Of a stretch of 64,000 nt of DNA, positions 24,053-39,465 are shown piece after piece. The number at the start of each line of letters is the position of its first letter. The stretch's first letter is position 1. Made by a program: the position numbers and the translations under genes. The stretch covers positions 310,001 to 374,000 of the forward strand of contig CAXHJY010001472.1 in the NCBI GenBank assembly GCA_964016885.1. The letters run 5' to 3'. The notes under the pieces were generated by a model. The model saw only the letters and a list, made by a program, of their open reading frames with translations, was not told the DNA's origin and made no database searches. The DNA is from Eledone cirrhosa (lineage: Eukaryota).

Positions 24053-24400
24053 GGAGGCACATGGCTTAGTGGTTAGAGCATTGGACTGGCAATCGAAAGG
24101 TTGTGAGTTCAATTCTCAGACCGGGTGATGTGTTGTTTCCTTGAGCAAGACACTTTATTTCACATTGCTCCAGTTTACTCAGCTGTAGAAATGAGATGAT
24201 AGGGACTGGGGTCCATATCATTCCACTGCAAAGTGGTCGTGGAGGTGCCACGGCAAAAAAGCACCCAGCACTCACTGTAAATGAGGTTGGTGTTAGGAAG
24301 GGCATCCAGCTGTAGAAATCAAGCCAGAATCAGTTCCCGTCCCACCCTTGCAAGCAGAGAAAAAGCGGACTTAAAACGAAATGATGATGATGATGATGAT
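24053..24400 (+). mobile_element. tRNA-derived SINE, duplicate of 3893-4247
   Basis: Near-identical sequence in the same flanking context. Confidence 0.85.
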
Positions 24401-25022
24401 GTGTGTATATGTATGTATGTATGTATGTGTATGAGATGCAGTTTGCTTTTGTGCCTCTGAAAAGTACAACAGATGCCCTCTTCTTAGTGAGACAACTACA
24501 AGAGAGGTTCTTAGAGACAAATAAGCCACTATACTTAGCTTTGGACATAGAGAAGGCTTTTGATAGAGAACTCTTATAAATGTCAACATATATATATGTG
24601 TGTGTATATATATATTTTTTTTAAAACTATATATTTATTACTCCCTTAAGCAGAAGAAATATATTCCCAGATATCGAAGATTACCACAATAACTAGGGAG
24701 CGGAAGTCAATAGATGCTGGACATTGCTGCTGAGGGTAGGATGACCTGATGAGCTGGCTCCTGTGGTGGATACCTAAACATAGTAAGACCCAAGTGGGAT
24801 GACTGAGGTTCACCTACATACATCAGATGTCTCTGGATCTCCAGCTGGAGATTAATGATCTCAGGAATGCCATGAAAAATCGTGACATCTAAAAAAGAAG
24901 AGTAGAATTGTTCTGGCCAATCCACCTGACCTAATAAACAATAATAATATTAATATATATTGATGAAAATTAATTATGGTGAAATATCTTAGAAATCATT
25001 CTCAGAGGTTTTGTATTGTAAT

Positions 25023-27024
25023 CCACACTTGCTCCTTGTGGCTTCTGATGCAGACATCATGTCCGCCATCAGGTCCTTCCCAGCTAGCAGCTGCGGTGAT
25101 GTTGATGGTCTCTGACCAGGCCTCCTCAAGGAGTTGACATCTCCCCTCTCCGCTGAGGCCGGGCGCCGCCTTCTGAGTGCAATTGTGGCGCTCACCAATA
25201 GGCTCATCCATGGCGCCCTGGACTCTTATGCTCGAGGCCTCTTTTTTTCAGCCAGCTTCACCGCTCTCAGGAAGAAAGAGGGTGGCATACGCCCCATTGC
25301 TGTGGGCAATGTCTTCCGGAGGCTGGCTGCCAAGGTAATCTGCAAGTCCGTAACACTCGGAACCGGCATCCAGGGCCTCCAGCCACCTCATTGTCAAGTT
25401 TGACATGAGGAATGCCTTCAACTCTTTACGCTGGGATCATCTGCTCGAGGCCTGCCTCAGCCGAGCCCCCTCTGCCTAGCTGTCATATGGAGCCCCGAGC
25501 ATGCGCCATGCTGCTGATACGGTCATACCCTTGGCTACTGGGATCCAACAGGGCAACCCTTTGGGACCCCTCCTGTTCACCCTTGGTATTGACCACATCG
25601 CCCGGAGTATAACGGCTCCTCTCAACGTTTGGTATCTGGATGATGCTACTTTGGGTGGGCCCGTACAGGCGGTCTGCCATGACCTTCAATCGGTGGTTCC
25701 TGCCCTGGCGGGAATCGACCTCCAGGTCAACTCAGCCAAGTCGGAGGTGGTGAATGTCAGCGTCGATGCTGCAAGCTTTGCAGTCTCCGTCTTGGACGTG
25801 CGGTCCATTCTCCGCCAGGTTCAGGTGACCCCCAAAGAGGATGCCCTCACCGATCCACCCGCCGGCCATCCGCTCCACCATCAAGTTCAGACTCTCACGA
25901 GCCGACTGGGCTTGATTGATGGCCACCCAGTTCTCTTTCTGCTGAGGAACTGCTACGCCATGCCGAAGCTCCTCTATACACTCTGTGCTACACCCAGACT
26001 TGTATCCGAGCAGCAGCCGATGAGATATGCAACTTTACCTATCAGGTATGGCGACCTTCGCCTCCAGTCCCCGATCTCACTAGCTTTGCCGGCGTATCTT
26101 TCGTCGGTAACCTCGTACCACGTCCACCTCAGCAGGGTTCTTCAAAACACAACAGAACCCTCTGTGTTCAGAGAACGCGTGGCCGCCTGTGAGACGTGGC
26201 ACCGGCTGGGACTTAGCCCAGTAGACGTTCCTCCTCCTTCTCCCCCTGTTGACGTCAAGTCTCCCCAAAATACTTGGGATGCCATCCAGTGCAGCCTGGC
26301 CTCAGACAGGCTCACGCGCCAGCTCGACCAGCACCGCCTTGTTTGTTTTCGTGCGGCCTCCAAACCCCACAGTGGGGCCTGGCTCCATGCCCTGCCCTCC
26401 TTCTCCACTCGCACGCAGCTAGACAACCATAGCTTGCGCATCGGCGTTTCCCTGAGGCTCGGCCTCACACCAATGTCGCTGCCGTTCCACCATGGACTCT
26501 TTCGGCCTCCACCCGCTTTCCTGTCGCCACAGTGCCAGCCGCAATCCACGCCATGCTGCCCTCAACGAAGTCATTAAGCATGGCTTGGACGCTGCAGGCT
26601 TCCCTTCCCAGCTCCAGGGGACGGCAAAAGGCCAGATGGCATGACCATCTTCCCGTTCCGCGGTGGCAAACCCCTCGTCTGGGATGCCACTTGCACCGAC
26701 ACTTTCTGCAGCAGCAACCTGGTGCAGTCTGCGACTGGCCCAGGTTCTGCTGCACGTCAGGCTGAGAGGGCCAAACTCCTCACATATCGTTCACTCTCCG
26801 ACAGGTTTGCGGTCGTACCCCTGGAAGTGGAGACTTCTGGTGTCCTCGACCCCAGGGCTACCTCCTTACTCACCACCATAGGCGCTGAGCTGGCCAGTCG
26901 CAGGTGTGAGCCCCGCGAGTTGGAGTGGCTTTTCCAGCGCGTCTCCCTTGCCGTGCTCCGGGGAAACGCCTTCTCCATTCTGTCCGCCGGGGCTGTGGGT
27001 GGGTCCCATCGCGTACCGTTATGA
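25023..27024 (+). mobile_element. CRE-clade non-LTR retrotransposon; copy 3 (longest ORF, 358 aa; retains RPDG)
   Basis: Same RT motifs. Knuckle HQCRC-x7-H-PLSC followed by RHAALNEVIK and GDGKRPDG. Confidence 0.88.
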
Positions 27025-28776
27025 ATGTATACAAAACAACTAAATCTCTTAAATAACTTCACTTATATCCAAAACATGATTTGTATATACATCAACAGTG
27101 ACTCATTATTATACGCCAGTCACGACCCCACTGCAAAAACGATATCTATATAACAACCCCACCGTAAAACTACTCTTCCCCACTTTACAAACACTTTATA
27201 TTATTTGTCATTAAGGTTTCTTAAAATAAATATATATACGTATGTGTAGTAATTAGTACGGAGACTGAGAGAGAAGGGGCGAGTGTGTCTTCATGGAGGG
27301 CACATGGGACCAGCAAAGTCCTAAAAGTAGAGACCAGTAAATGAGATAAGGTCCTAGCTATGTTAAGAATATAAATAAGAAACATGTTCTATACATTTAA
27401 GAAGACAAGAGAAACATGTTCTAAACATTTAAGAAATAATTATTTACCTCTTTCATGTCGGTAATATAGCGGTGTTATAAAACTAATTATAACGACCGGT
27501 GTTAAAATAGAGAGAGATAGACAGATAAATGTGTGTCACACTCTCACCCTCTCTTTAAATCTTTTACACTATCTAACTCGTACTTCTCACACTCTCTTTA
27601 AATCTTTTACTCTATCTACCTCTCATTTCTATCTGTGTATGTATGTATGTATCTGTCTATGTGTAACTCGGTGTACTGGAGCAATATGAAGTGAAGTGTC
27701 TTGCTCAAGAAGACATTTTGTGGAGTTATATCATCGTTTCTTGTTATAAAGCTACTTATACTACCGGCGTAACAGTGGCTATAGGTGATAGATGTAGAAA
27801 TAAAAGGCTGTAACAACGATATAAATATAGATGAAATAGTTTACCACGAGACTAAGAATGAATGTTTAATGGAATTAAGTGTAATCTAATAGGAAATAAG
27901 AGGCTAGAGCAGCGAAATGTTTACGTAAAATAAAAGAACAACAAACAAGAGTGCAACATTGAAATTTTTGTTTTATTTTCTCGATATAAGCGTTATTTTA
28001 TGCGCGATTTGCCTTGCTGCCGGCGTTGCTCAGTCAGTAGCAGCCCCGCTTACGAAGTTCAGGAGCCAACGACTTTACATGGTTCGAATCTCACCCTCTC
28101 CGCTCTTGTCGAGTTATCTCCTACTCTTTTTACTTAGTTCCAGGTCATTTAAATAGAGCAAAGAGGTCGCGGCGATCGGCATATGCACTGGCTACAATGT
28201 TGAACTTTGGTACTGACTGCATAGTTGAACGTTCCACATACCAACCGCCCAACTGGCCAGTCAACCGCAAATACGGCTGGCTGGCCGGTTGGGTAGTTGG
28301 CATATGTACTGACTGTCAAGTTGAACGTTCTAACCCTCTCTTTACATCTATTGCTCTATCTACCGCTTATTTCTCTCCCTCTCTTTACTTCTATAACTCT
28401 ATCTCCCACTCTCTTTACATCTATTACACAGTGTCTCCCTGTATATATACACGTATATATGCACTAGATTTTATAAGAAATCTACGTAATAATATAATTA
28501 ACAATAGTTGATGAATTAGACCAGAGTTAATTAAACAATAAATATGAATGAAATAGCAGTAGATGGCGAAACTTGAGTGTTGTGTGTGCATACATATATA
28601 TGAGGTAAACTGGTTCAAATACTGTCAGGATTATATTGGATCAAAGACTGTATTAAATAGAAAGTAAAAAATGAAGTGAAAATATAAAAACAAACTGAAA
28701 ATTTCCCCATCCCTAGAAAAATTCATATCTTGTTATATATAGATAATTGGCGCTTTAAATTGAATAAATATTCATT

Positions 28777-28811
<35 letters not shown>

Positions 28812-29649
28812 GTACACTGATATATATGTGTGTGTATATATATATATATATGTATGTGTATATGTGTACATATGTATGTGTATATACATACTAATATATA
28901 TATATATATATATCAACTTCATCATACGTCCGCTTTTCCATGCTTGCAAGGGTGGGGTGGGAGCTGATTCTGGATTGGTTTCTACAGCTGGGTGCCCTTC
29001 CTGACACCAATCCAGTTTACAGTGAGTGCTGGGTGCTTTTTTTTTTTCCGTGGCACCTCCACGTCAGCTTTACAGAGCGGGCTGGGTGCTTTTTTGCCGT
29101 GGCGCCTCCACGACCACTTTACGGTGGGGTGGTGGGGTGGTATGTGTATACCCAGCCCATTGTCATTTCCCACCCAGAAAAGTTCATAGCACCGTTCTTT
29201 ACCCACGATGAATCTAGCAGACCCACCCCTCCACCTGGTCTCTTGAATACAACAGTGGTTTCACTAAAATAAAAATTAAATTAAATTAAATTAAATTAAT
29301 TATATTAGATAAATAGACATTGGGGTTCTCACCAAAGATTTTCAGTTATTTCTAAGAGATGTAAAAGGAAAATTTAAAAAAGATTAATAGGACACATTAG
29401 ACATGTCTCCAAGCAAGAATTGAACTTACAGACAAGGATCTCACCATCTCTGGTACTTCCCACTAAGCCACCAAGACTGCTACAAAGGTCTATTGAAAAT
29501 TAATATTTATAAACCTACTTTCAAAATAAAATTAATGTTATTAATTTTATTTAAAAATAAAATAAAATAAATAAACATTGGGGTTCTCACAAAACGTTTT
29601 CATTTTTTTTCTAAGAAATGTCAAAGGAATATATATATATATATATATA

Positions 29650-31574
29650 TCATCATCATCATCATCATCGTTTAACGTCCATATTCCACGCTTGCATGGG
29701 TTTGGACGGGAATTTTCCCACTTGAGGCAAGAGTGGTTGTCTTGCTCGCATAGGACTGTCTGGCGGGTTTTCTACAGCTGGATGCCCTTCCTAACACCAA
29801 CCGCATTTACAGTGTGGGACTGGGAGGTTTTTACCGTGTTACCTACACGGCCACATTACTGCGTGGACTGTGTTTTTTTTTTTTGTCGTGACACCTACAC
29901 GACCTCATTTGTTTCGGCCTGGATGTTGTGGCACCAACATAACTTTACATTGAAAGGGGCGGTGTGGATGGGGTGGGGGTGTATTTTGTTAGAGGTGCCT
30001 ACTGACTGTAGTAGGTTTTACTTTGTATCTAGGTAAGGCGGGTCTTCTCTATTACTGAGTACCGCCAAAGATCTCGGTCCAGTGACATTGTCTTGGAGAG
30101 GTGTAAGTGTGTGAGGTCGGAATTTATCAAGTCGTCCCAGGTTTTTCTGGGTCTGCCTACTCCGTGGCTACCGTCTATCTTTATTGCCCTGCATTTTTTT
30201 TATACAGCTGTCGTCTTTCATCCGCATCACGTGGACCATACCAACGTAGTCTTCTCTCGAGTACACAACATCTGATCCCTCTTATTTCTAATTTTTCCCT
30301 TAGTTCGTTTATGCTTTGCCGTTCACATATATTACTATTACACATCCAGCGAAGCATGCAAGCTTCGTTCCTCTCTAGTCTGCGTATATCCTCTGCACAC
30401 AATGCCCAGGTCTCACTGCCATGCAACATTGCTGTTCATATGCAGGCATCATACAACCTGCCTTTCATTTTTAGGGAGAACCCTTTAGCGGCTAATAGTG
30501 GTATAAGCTCTCTGAACTTTTTCCATCCAGTTCTGACTCTAGTTACTGTACTTTCAGAGCACCCTCCCCCACTGCTGATTTTGTCACCCAGGTAACGGAA
30601 GCTGTCCACTATTTCTATAGAACCCTCTGCGCAATTGAAAGAGCTAGTATTTTGTGGGCACTTGCTGCTACTTATTGCACCAGAGCACCGGCCACATGTA
30701 AAATCTATGTTCTTAGTTAGCTTACCTGTGATCCCACTACATCTTTTATGAACCCATACTTTGCATTTGGGACATAAAATGGAGTTTCTACCTACGCCTT
30801 TCCTACACACTGAGCATGGCCATTTCCCGGAAGGGACCGGCGCCTTATTTTCTTTCCTACAAACTAGAACTTTAGTCTTAGCCAGGTTAATTTTAAGGCC
30901 TTCTGATTCTAGGCCTTGCTTCCATGTTTGGAATTTCTTCTCTAGCTCGGCCATTGATTCAGCTATGAGCGTTAGATCATCTGCGTATAGGAGTTCCCAT
31001 GGGCAGCCGGTCTTGAACTCCACTGTTATAGCCTGAAGGGCAATAATAAATAGTAGGGGGCTAAGGACGGAGCCCTGATGAACACCAACTTTTACGCTAA
31101 ACTCTTCACTATATTCGTTGTTAATTCTAACCTTGCTGACTGTTTCTTTATACATGGCTCGTATAGCTCTCACAAGCCATTCCTCAACACCTAGTTTTCT
31201 AAGAGCCCACCAGATAATGGAACGGGGGACTCTGTCGAAGGCTTTCTCCAAGTCAACAAAAGCTAAGTATAGGGGTTTACTTTTAACTAGGTACTTCTCC
31301 TGTAGTTGTCGTACAATGAAAAGAGCGTCTGTGGTACTTTTACCTGACACAAACCCGAACTGCATTTCATCTAGATCAATTCTCTCTCTGATTAGTTGCG
31401 CTATTACTTTTTCCGTGACCTTCATGACCTGGTCGATTAATTTAATGCCTCTATAGTTACTCCTATCTAGGGCATCTCCTTTACCCTTGTAACAGTTAAT
31501 GATGATGCTGCTACGCCAGTCCTTCAGAACAACCCCATTCTGTATGACTTGGTTTACTATCCGGGTGACCATTA
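29650..31574 (-). mobile_element. RTE-clade LINE, 5'-truncated; copy 2
   Basis: ORF 30436-31692 is near-identical to copy 1 and has the same disablements. Confidence 0.93.
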
Positions 31575-34101
31575 CGTGTATACATCTGAAAATGTATATA
31601 TGTATGCAAAGATATAAGTAAACATACATGTATACATATAGATGGACAGTTATGCATATACAATAACTTATTTCTATACATACATATACCACAAGTAAGG
31701 CATGGTGCTGCCAACTAACCAGACCTCCCTCATAATGGACCAGCTAGATCCCAAAATACAGGCCTGCTTGCCAACACACAGTCCCAATAAGTGTAAGTTA
31801 CAGCGCAGCTATCTGGACAGACTTGTCTTAAGACTACACACTATCCCACTACATCTTTTGTATACTATATATATACTGTTTATATATATATATACTATAT
31901 ATATATACTGTTTATATATATATATACTATATATATATATACTGTTTATATATATATACACACATATAATTGTGTATTCACACATTATCTTAGTAATGAA
32001 ATAATTAATAATTTTAGTAAATTGTTCAAAATTCTTCATTAACCCTTTTGGTAGAAACCCAGCCAAAATTAGTTCTCGTACTATGGAAATGGTTCCTATC
32101 TAAATTAAAGTCTTCCAACAAAATTCTATATAACAACCATATGGTAAGTTACTATGTTAGTAATTAACTAACAATTGTGATAAATAGCTCAAAATTATTC
32201 ATAATTAATTGAATTATAAGGTTCATAATTATAATAAAATCTTCAAATAGGCTACGAAACCGGTAAACCTGAAAGGTACACAACACACACACATTGCTAT
32301 AGCGTTTCACCAGCCCCTTCCTTCCTGAATTATTACAGAGATGTGTGTGTATGTAATAATTATTTGTATAATGTGTGTCTATTTATGAATATGTATGAGT
32401 AGATGTGTGTGTGTGTATCACAGTAGATGTGTATGTAACACAGTAGATGTGTATATGTAACAGAGTAGATGTGTGTTTGCATGTAACTCAGTATATGTGT
32501 ATGTAACTCAGTAGATGTGTGTGTGTAACACAGTAGATGTGTGTGTGTAACACGGTAGATGTGTGTGTGTAACACGGTAGATGTGTGTGTGTAACACGGT
32601 AGATGTGTGTATGTAACAGTAGATGTGTATGTATGTAACACAGTAGATGTGTATGTATGTAACACAGTAGATGTGTGTATGTAACACAGTACATGTGTGT
32701 GTATGTAACTCAGTAGATGTGTGTGTATGTAACTCAGTAGATGTGTGTATGTAACACAGTAGATTGTGTGTATGTAACATAGAAGATGTGTGTAACACAG
32801 TAGATGTGTGTGTATGTAACACAGTAGATCTGTGTGTATGTAACTCAGTAGATGTGTGTGTATGTAACACAGGTGTGTGTATGTAACACAGTAGATGTGT
32901 GTATGTAACATAGTAGATGTGTGTATGTAACACAGAAGATGTGTGTGTATGTAACACAGTAGATGTGTGTGTATGTAACTCAGTAGATGTGTGTGTATGT
33001 AACACAGTAGATGTGTGTGTAACACAGTAGATGTGTATGTAACGCAGTAGATGTGTGTGTATGTAACCCAGTTGATGTGTGTGTATGTAACACAGTAGAT
33101 GTGTGTATGTAACATAGTATATGTGTATGTAACTAAAGTGTAACGTACGTTACAAATGGACGACAAAATGATTTTAACTTGTTTTTTAACAATTGATGGT
33201 GGAAAAGATTTTAAATTGTCTTAACTCAGACCATAAAGGGCCGCAACACATGGAGTCTGACACTCTTACCGGCTACATAGCCTGGGCGTCTATTTTACCG
33301 CGACCGGCTACATAGCCTGGGCGTCTATTTTACCGCGACCGGCTACATAGCATCTTCCTAAAATCTTCCAACATAATTTTATACAAGAACCACATGTTAA
33401 GTTACTAATAAAATAATTAATAAATAAAAACATTAGTAAGTCCTTCAAATGATATCTCAGTAATGAAATAATTAATAATTGTTATAAATACCTCAAAATT
33501 CCTCATTAATTAAACCTCATTAATTAATTAAGCCGCTGAAAAGTGCAACAGATGCCCTCTTCTTAGTGAGACAACTACAAAAGAGGTTCTTAGAGAAAAA
33601 TAAGCCACTATACTTAGCTTTGGACATAGAGAAGGCTTTTGATAGAGAACTCTTATAAATGACAACATATATATATGTGTGTGTATATATATGTTTTTTT
33701 TTAAACTATATATTTATTACTCCCTTAAGCAGAAGAAATATATTCCCAGATATCGAAGATTACCACAATAACTAGGGAGCGGAAATCAATAGATGCTGGA
33801 CATTGCTGCTGAGGGTAGGATGACCTGATGAGCTGGCTCCTGTGGTGGATACCTAAACATAGTAAGAGCCAAGTGGGATGACTGAGGTTCACCTACATAC
33901 ATCAGATGTCTCTGGATCTCCAGCTGGAGATTAATGATCTCAGGAATGCCATGAAAAATCGTGACATCTAAAAAAGAAGAGTAGAATTGTTCTGGCCAAT
34001 CCACCTGACCTAATAAACAATAATAATATTAATATATATTGATGAAAATTAATTATGGTGAAATATCTTAGAAATCATTCTCAGAGGTTTTGTATTGTAA
34101 T

Positions 34102-36105
34102 CCACACTTGCTCCTTGTGGCTTCTGATGCAGACATCATGTCCGCCATCAGGTCCTTCCCAGCTAGCAGCTGCGGAGATGTTGATGGTCTCTGACCAGGC
34201 CTCCTCAAGGAGTTGATATCTCCCCTCTCCGCTGAGGCCGGGCGCCGCCTTCTGAGTGCAATTGTGGCGCTCACCAATAGGCTCATCCATGGCGCCCTGG
34301 ACTCTTATGCTCGAGGCCTCTTTTTTTCGGCCAGCCTCACCGCTCGCAGGAAGAAAGAGGATGGCATATGCCCCATTGCTGTGGGCAATGTCTTCCGGAG
34401 GCTGGCTGCCAAGGTAATCTGCAAGTCCGTAACACTCGGAACCGGCATCCAGGGCTTCCAGCCACCTCATTGTCAAGTTTGACATGAGGAATGCCTTCAA
34501 CTCTTTACGCTGGGATCATCTGCTCGAGGCCTGCCTCAGCCGAACCCCCTCTGCCTACCTGTCATATGGAGCCCCAAGCATGCGCCATGCTGCTGATACG
34601 GTCATACCCTTGGCTACTGGGATCCAACAGGGCAACCCTTTGGGACCCCTCCTGTTCACCCTTGGTATTGACCACATCGCCTGGAGTATAACGGCCCCTC
34701 TCAACGTTTGGTATCTGGATGATGCTACTTTGGGTGGGCCCGTACAGGCGGTCTGCCATGACCTTCAATCGGTGGTTCCTGCCCTGGCGGGAATCGACCT
34801 CCAGGTCAACTCAGCCAAGTCGGAGGTGGTGAATGTCAGCCTCGATGCTGCAAGCTTTGCAGTCTCCGTCTTGGACGTGCGGTCCATTCTCCGCCAGGTT
34901 CAGGTGACCCCCCAAAGAGGATGCCCTCACCGATCCACCCGCCGGCCATCCGCTCCTCCATCAAGTCCAGACTCTCACGAGCCGACTGGGCTTGATTGAT
35001 GGCCACCCAGTTCTCTTTCTGCTGAGGAACTGCTACGCCATGCCGAAGCTCCTCTATACACTCTGTGCTACACCTAAACTTGTATCCGAGCAGCAGCCGA
35101 TGAGATATGCAACTTTACCTGTCAGGTATGGCGACCTTCGCCTCCAGTCCCCGATCTCACTAGCTTTGCCGGCATATCTTTCGTCGGTAACCTCGTACCA
35201 CGTCCTCCTCAGCAGGGTTCTTCAAAACACAACAGAACCCTCTGTGTTCAGAGAACGCGTGGCCGCCTGTGAGACGTGGCACCGGCTGGGACTTAGCCCA
35301 GTAGACGTTCCTCCTCCTTCTCCCCCTGTTGACGTCAAGTCCCCCCCAACACACTTGGGATGCCATCCAGTGCAGCCTGGCCTCAGACAGGCTCACGCGC
35401 CAGCTCGACCAGCACCGCCTTGTTTGTTTTCGTGCAGCCTCCAAACCCCACAGTGGGGCCTGGCTCCATGCCCTGCCCTCCTTCTCCACTCGCACGCAGC
35501 TAGACAACAATAGCTTGCGCATCGGCGTTTCCCTGTGGCTCGGCCTCACACCAATGTCGCTGCCGTTCCACCATGGACTCTTTCGGCCTCCACCCGCTTT
35601 CCTGTCGCCACAGTGCCAGCCGCAATCCACGCCATGCTGCCCTCAACGAAGTCATTAAGCATGGCTTGGACGCTGCAGGCTTCCCTTCCCAGCTCGAGGG
35701 GACGGCAAAAGGCTAGATGGCATGACCATCTTCCCGTTCCGCGGTGGCAAACCCCTCGTCTGGGATGCCACTTGCACCGACACTTTCTGCAGCCGCAACC
35801 TGGTGCAGTCTGCGACTGGCCCAGGTTCTGCTGCACGTCAGGCTGAGGGGGCCAAACTCCTCACATATCGTTCACTCTCCGACAGGTTTGCGGTCGTACC
35901 CCTGGAAGTGGAGACTTCTGGTGTCCTCGGCCCCAGGGCTACCTCCTTACTCACCACCATAGGCGCTGAGCTGGCCAGCCGCAGGTGTGAGCCCCGCGAG
36001 TTGGAGTGGCTTTTCCAGCGCGTCTCCCTTGCCGTGCTCCGGGGAAACGCCTTCTCCATTCTGTCCGCCGGGGCTGTGGGTGAGTCCCATCGCGTACCGT
36101 TATGA
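34102..36105 (+). mobile_element. CRE-clade non-LTR retrotransposon; copy 4
   Basis: Near-identical to copies 2 and 3, with RT WYLDD and RLE motifs. Confidence 0.88.
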
Positions 36106-37844
36106 ATGTATACAAAACAACTAAATCTCTTAAATAACTTCACTTATATCCAAAACATGATTTGTATATACATCAACAGTGACTCATTATTATACGCCAG
36201 TCACGACCCCACTGCAAAAACGATATCTATATAACAACCCCACCGTAAAACTACTCTTCCCCACTTTACAAACACTTTATATTATTTGTCATTAAGGTTT
36301 CTTAAAATAAATATATATACGTATGTGTAGTAATTAGTACGGAGACTGAGAGAGAAGGGGCGAGTGTGTCTTCATGGAGGGCACATGGGACCAGCAAAGT
36401 CCTAAAAGTAGAGACCAGTAAATGAGATAAGGTCCTAGCTATGTTAAGAATATAAATAAGAAACATGTTCTATACATTTAAGAAGACAAGAGAAACATGT
36501 TCTAAACATTTAAGAAATAATTATTTACCTCTTTCATGTCGGTAATATAGCGGTGTTATAAAACTAATTATAACGACCGGTGTTAAAATAGAGAGAGATA
36601 GACAGATAAATGTGTGTCACACTCTCACCCTCTCTTTAAATCTTTTACACTATCTTTACATCTTTTACTCTATCTCCCTCTTATTTCTATCTGTGTACAT
36701 ATATATGTGTATGTATGTATCTGTCTATGTGTAACTCGGTGTACTGGAGCAATATGAGGTGAAGTGTCTTGCTCAAGAAGACATTTTGTGGAGTTATATC
36801 ATCGTTTCTTGTTATAAAGCTACTTATACTACCGGCGTAACAGTGGCTACAGGTGATAGATGTAGAAATAAAAGGCTGTAACAGCGATATAAATATAGAT
36901 GAAATAGTTTACCACGAGACTAAGAATGAATGTTTAATGGAATTAAGTGTAATCTAATAGGAAATAAGAGGCTAGAGCAGCGAAATGTTTACGTAAAATA
37001 AAAGAACAACAAACAAGAGTGCAACATTGAAATTTTTGTTTTATTTTCTCGATATAAGCGTTATTTTATGCGCGATTTGCCTTGCTGCCGGCGTTGCTCA
37101 GTCAGTAGCAGCCCCGCTTACGAAGTTCAGGAGCCAACGACTTTACATGGTTCGAATCTCACCCTCTCCGCTCTTGTCGAGTTATCTCCTACTCTTTTTA
37201 CTTAGTTCCAGGTCATTAAAATAGAGCAAAGAGGTCGCGGCGATCGGCATATGCACTGGCTACAATGTTGAACTTTGGTACTGACTGCATAGTTGAACGT
37301 TCCACATACCAACCGCCCAACTGGCCAGTCAACCGCAAATACGGCTGGCTGGCCGGTTGGGTAGTTGGCATATGTACTGACTGTCAAGTTGAACGTTCTA
37401 ACCCTCTCTTTACATCTATTGCTCTATCTACCGCTTATTTCTCTCCCTCTCTTTACTTCTATAACTCTATCTCCCACTCTCTTTACATCTATTACACAGT
37501 GTCTCCCTGTATATATACACGTATATATGCACTAGATTTTATAAGAAATCTACGTAATAATATAATTAACAATAGTTGATGAATTAGACCAGAGTTAATT
37601 AAACAATAAATATGAATGAAATAGCAGTAGATGGCGAAACTTGAGTGTTGTGTGTGCATACATATATATGAGGTAAACTGGTTCAAATACTGTCAGGATT
37701 ATATTGGATCAAAGACTGTATTAAATAGAAAGTAAAAAATGAAGTGAAAATATAAAAACAAACTGAAAATTTCCCCATCCCTAGAAAAATTCATATCTTG
37801 TTATATATAGATAATTGGCGCTTTAAATTGAATAAATATTCATT

Positions 37845-37879
<35 letters not shown>

Positions 37880-39465
37880 GTACACTGATATATATGTGTG
37901 TGTATATATATATATATATGTATGTGTATATGTGTACATATGTATGTGTATATATATACTAATATATATATATATATATCAACTTCATCATACGTCCGCT
38001 TTTCCATGCTTGCAAGGGTGGGGTGGGAGCTGATTCTGGATTGGTTTCTACAGCTGGGTGCCCTTCCTGACGCCAACCCAGTTTGCAGTGAGTGCTGGGT
38101 GCTTTTTTTTTTTCCGTGGCACCTCCACGTCAGCTTTACAGAGCGGGCTGGGTGCTTTTTTGCCGTGGCGCCTCCACGACCACTTTACGGTGGGGTGGTG
38201 GGGTGGTATGTGTATACCCAGCCCATTGTCATTTCCCACCCAGAAAAGTTCATAGCACCGTTCTTTACCCACGATGAATCTAGCAGACCCACCCCTCCAC
38301 CTGGTCTCTTGAATACAACAGTGGTTTCACTAAAATAAAAATTAAATTAAATTAAATTAAATTAATTATATTAGATAAATAGACATTGGGGTTCTCACCA
38401 AAGATTTTCAGTTATTTCTAAGAGATGTAAAAGGAAAATTTAAAAAAGATTAATAGGACACATTAGACATGTCTCCAAGCAAGAATTGAACTTACAGACA
38501 AGGATCTCACCATCTCTGGTACTTCCCACTAAGCCACCAAGACTGCTACAAAGGTCTATTGAAAATTAATATTTATAAACCTACTTTCAAAATATAACTA
38601 ATTTAATTAAAAATAAAATAAAATAAATAGACATTGGCGTTCTCACAAAACTTTTTCAGTTCTTTTTTCTAAGAAATGTCAAAGGAATATATATATATAT
38701 ATATTTTATTTTTAATTTTATTTTGAAAGTAGGTTTATAAATATTAAATTTCAGTACATCTTTGTATCAGTCTCGGTAGCTTAGTGGGAAGTACCAGAGA
38801 TGGTGAGATCCTGTTCTGGGTGTTCAATCCTGGTCTGAGGGTTGAATTGGGGACTCAGGTTCAATCCTGGTCCATGAGATACATGTAAGGTGTCATGTTA
38901 ATCTTTTATAATTTTCTTTCTATATCTCTTTGAAAAAGAGAACCCCTATTTATTTAATTATATTGAATTTAATTTTTTATTTTAGTTAAATTGTCGAAAA
39001 CACTGAAGATCTAAAGGTTGAGGAGACAATATGTCTATTTTATCTGTCTCCTCTAACTTTAGATCACCAGTGGTTTTGACAATTTAACTAAAGTAAAATA
39101 AAATAAAATTAATTAAATTATATTAGATAAATAGACATTGGGGTTCTCACCAAAGATTTTCAGTTTTTTCTGAGGAAAATTTAAAAAAAGATTAACAGGA
39201 CACATTACAGCAATGATTGAACTCCCAGACCAGGATTGAACCTACAGACAAGGACCTCACCATCTCTGGTACTTCCCACTAAGCCGCCAAGACTGCTACA
39301 AAGGTCTGCTGATAATTAATATTTATAAACCTAATTTCAAAATAAAATTAATGTTATTAATTTTATTTAAAAATAAAATAAAATAAATAAACATTGGGGT
39401 TCTCACAAAACTTTTTCATTTTTTTTCTAAGAAATGTCAAAGGAATATATATATATATATATATA

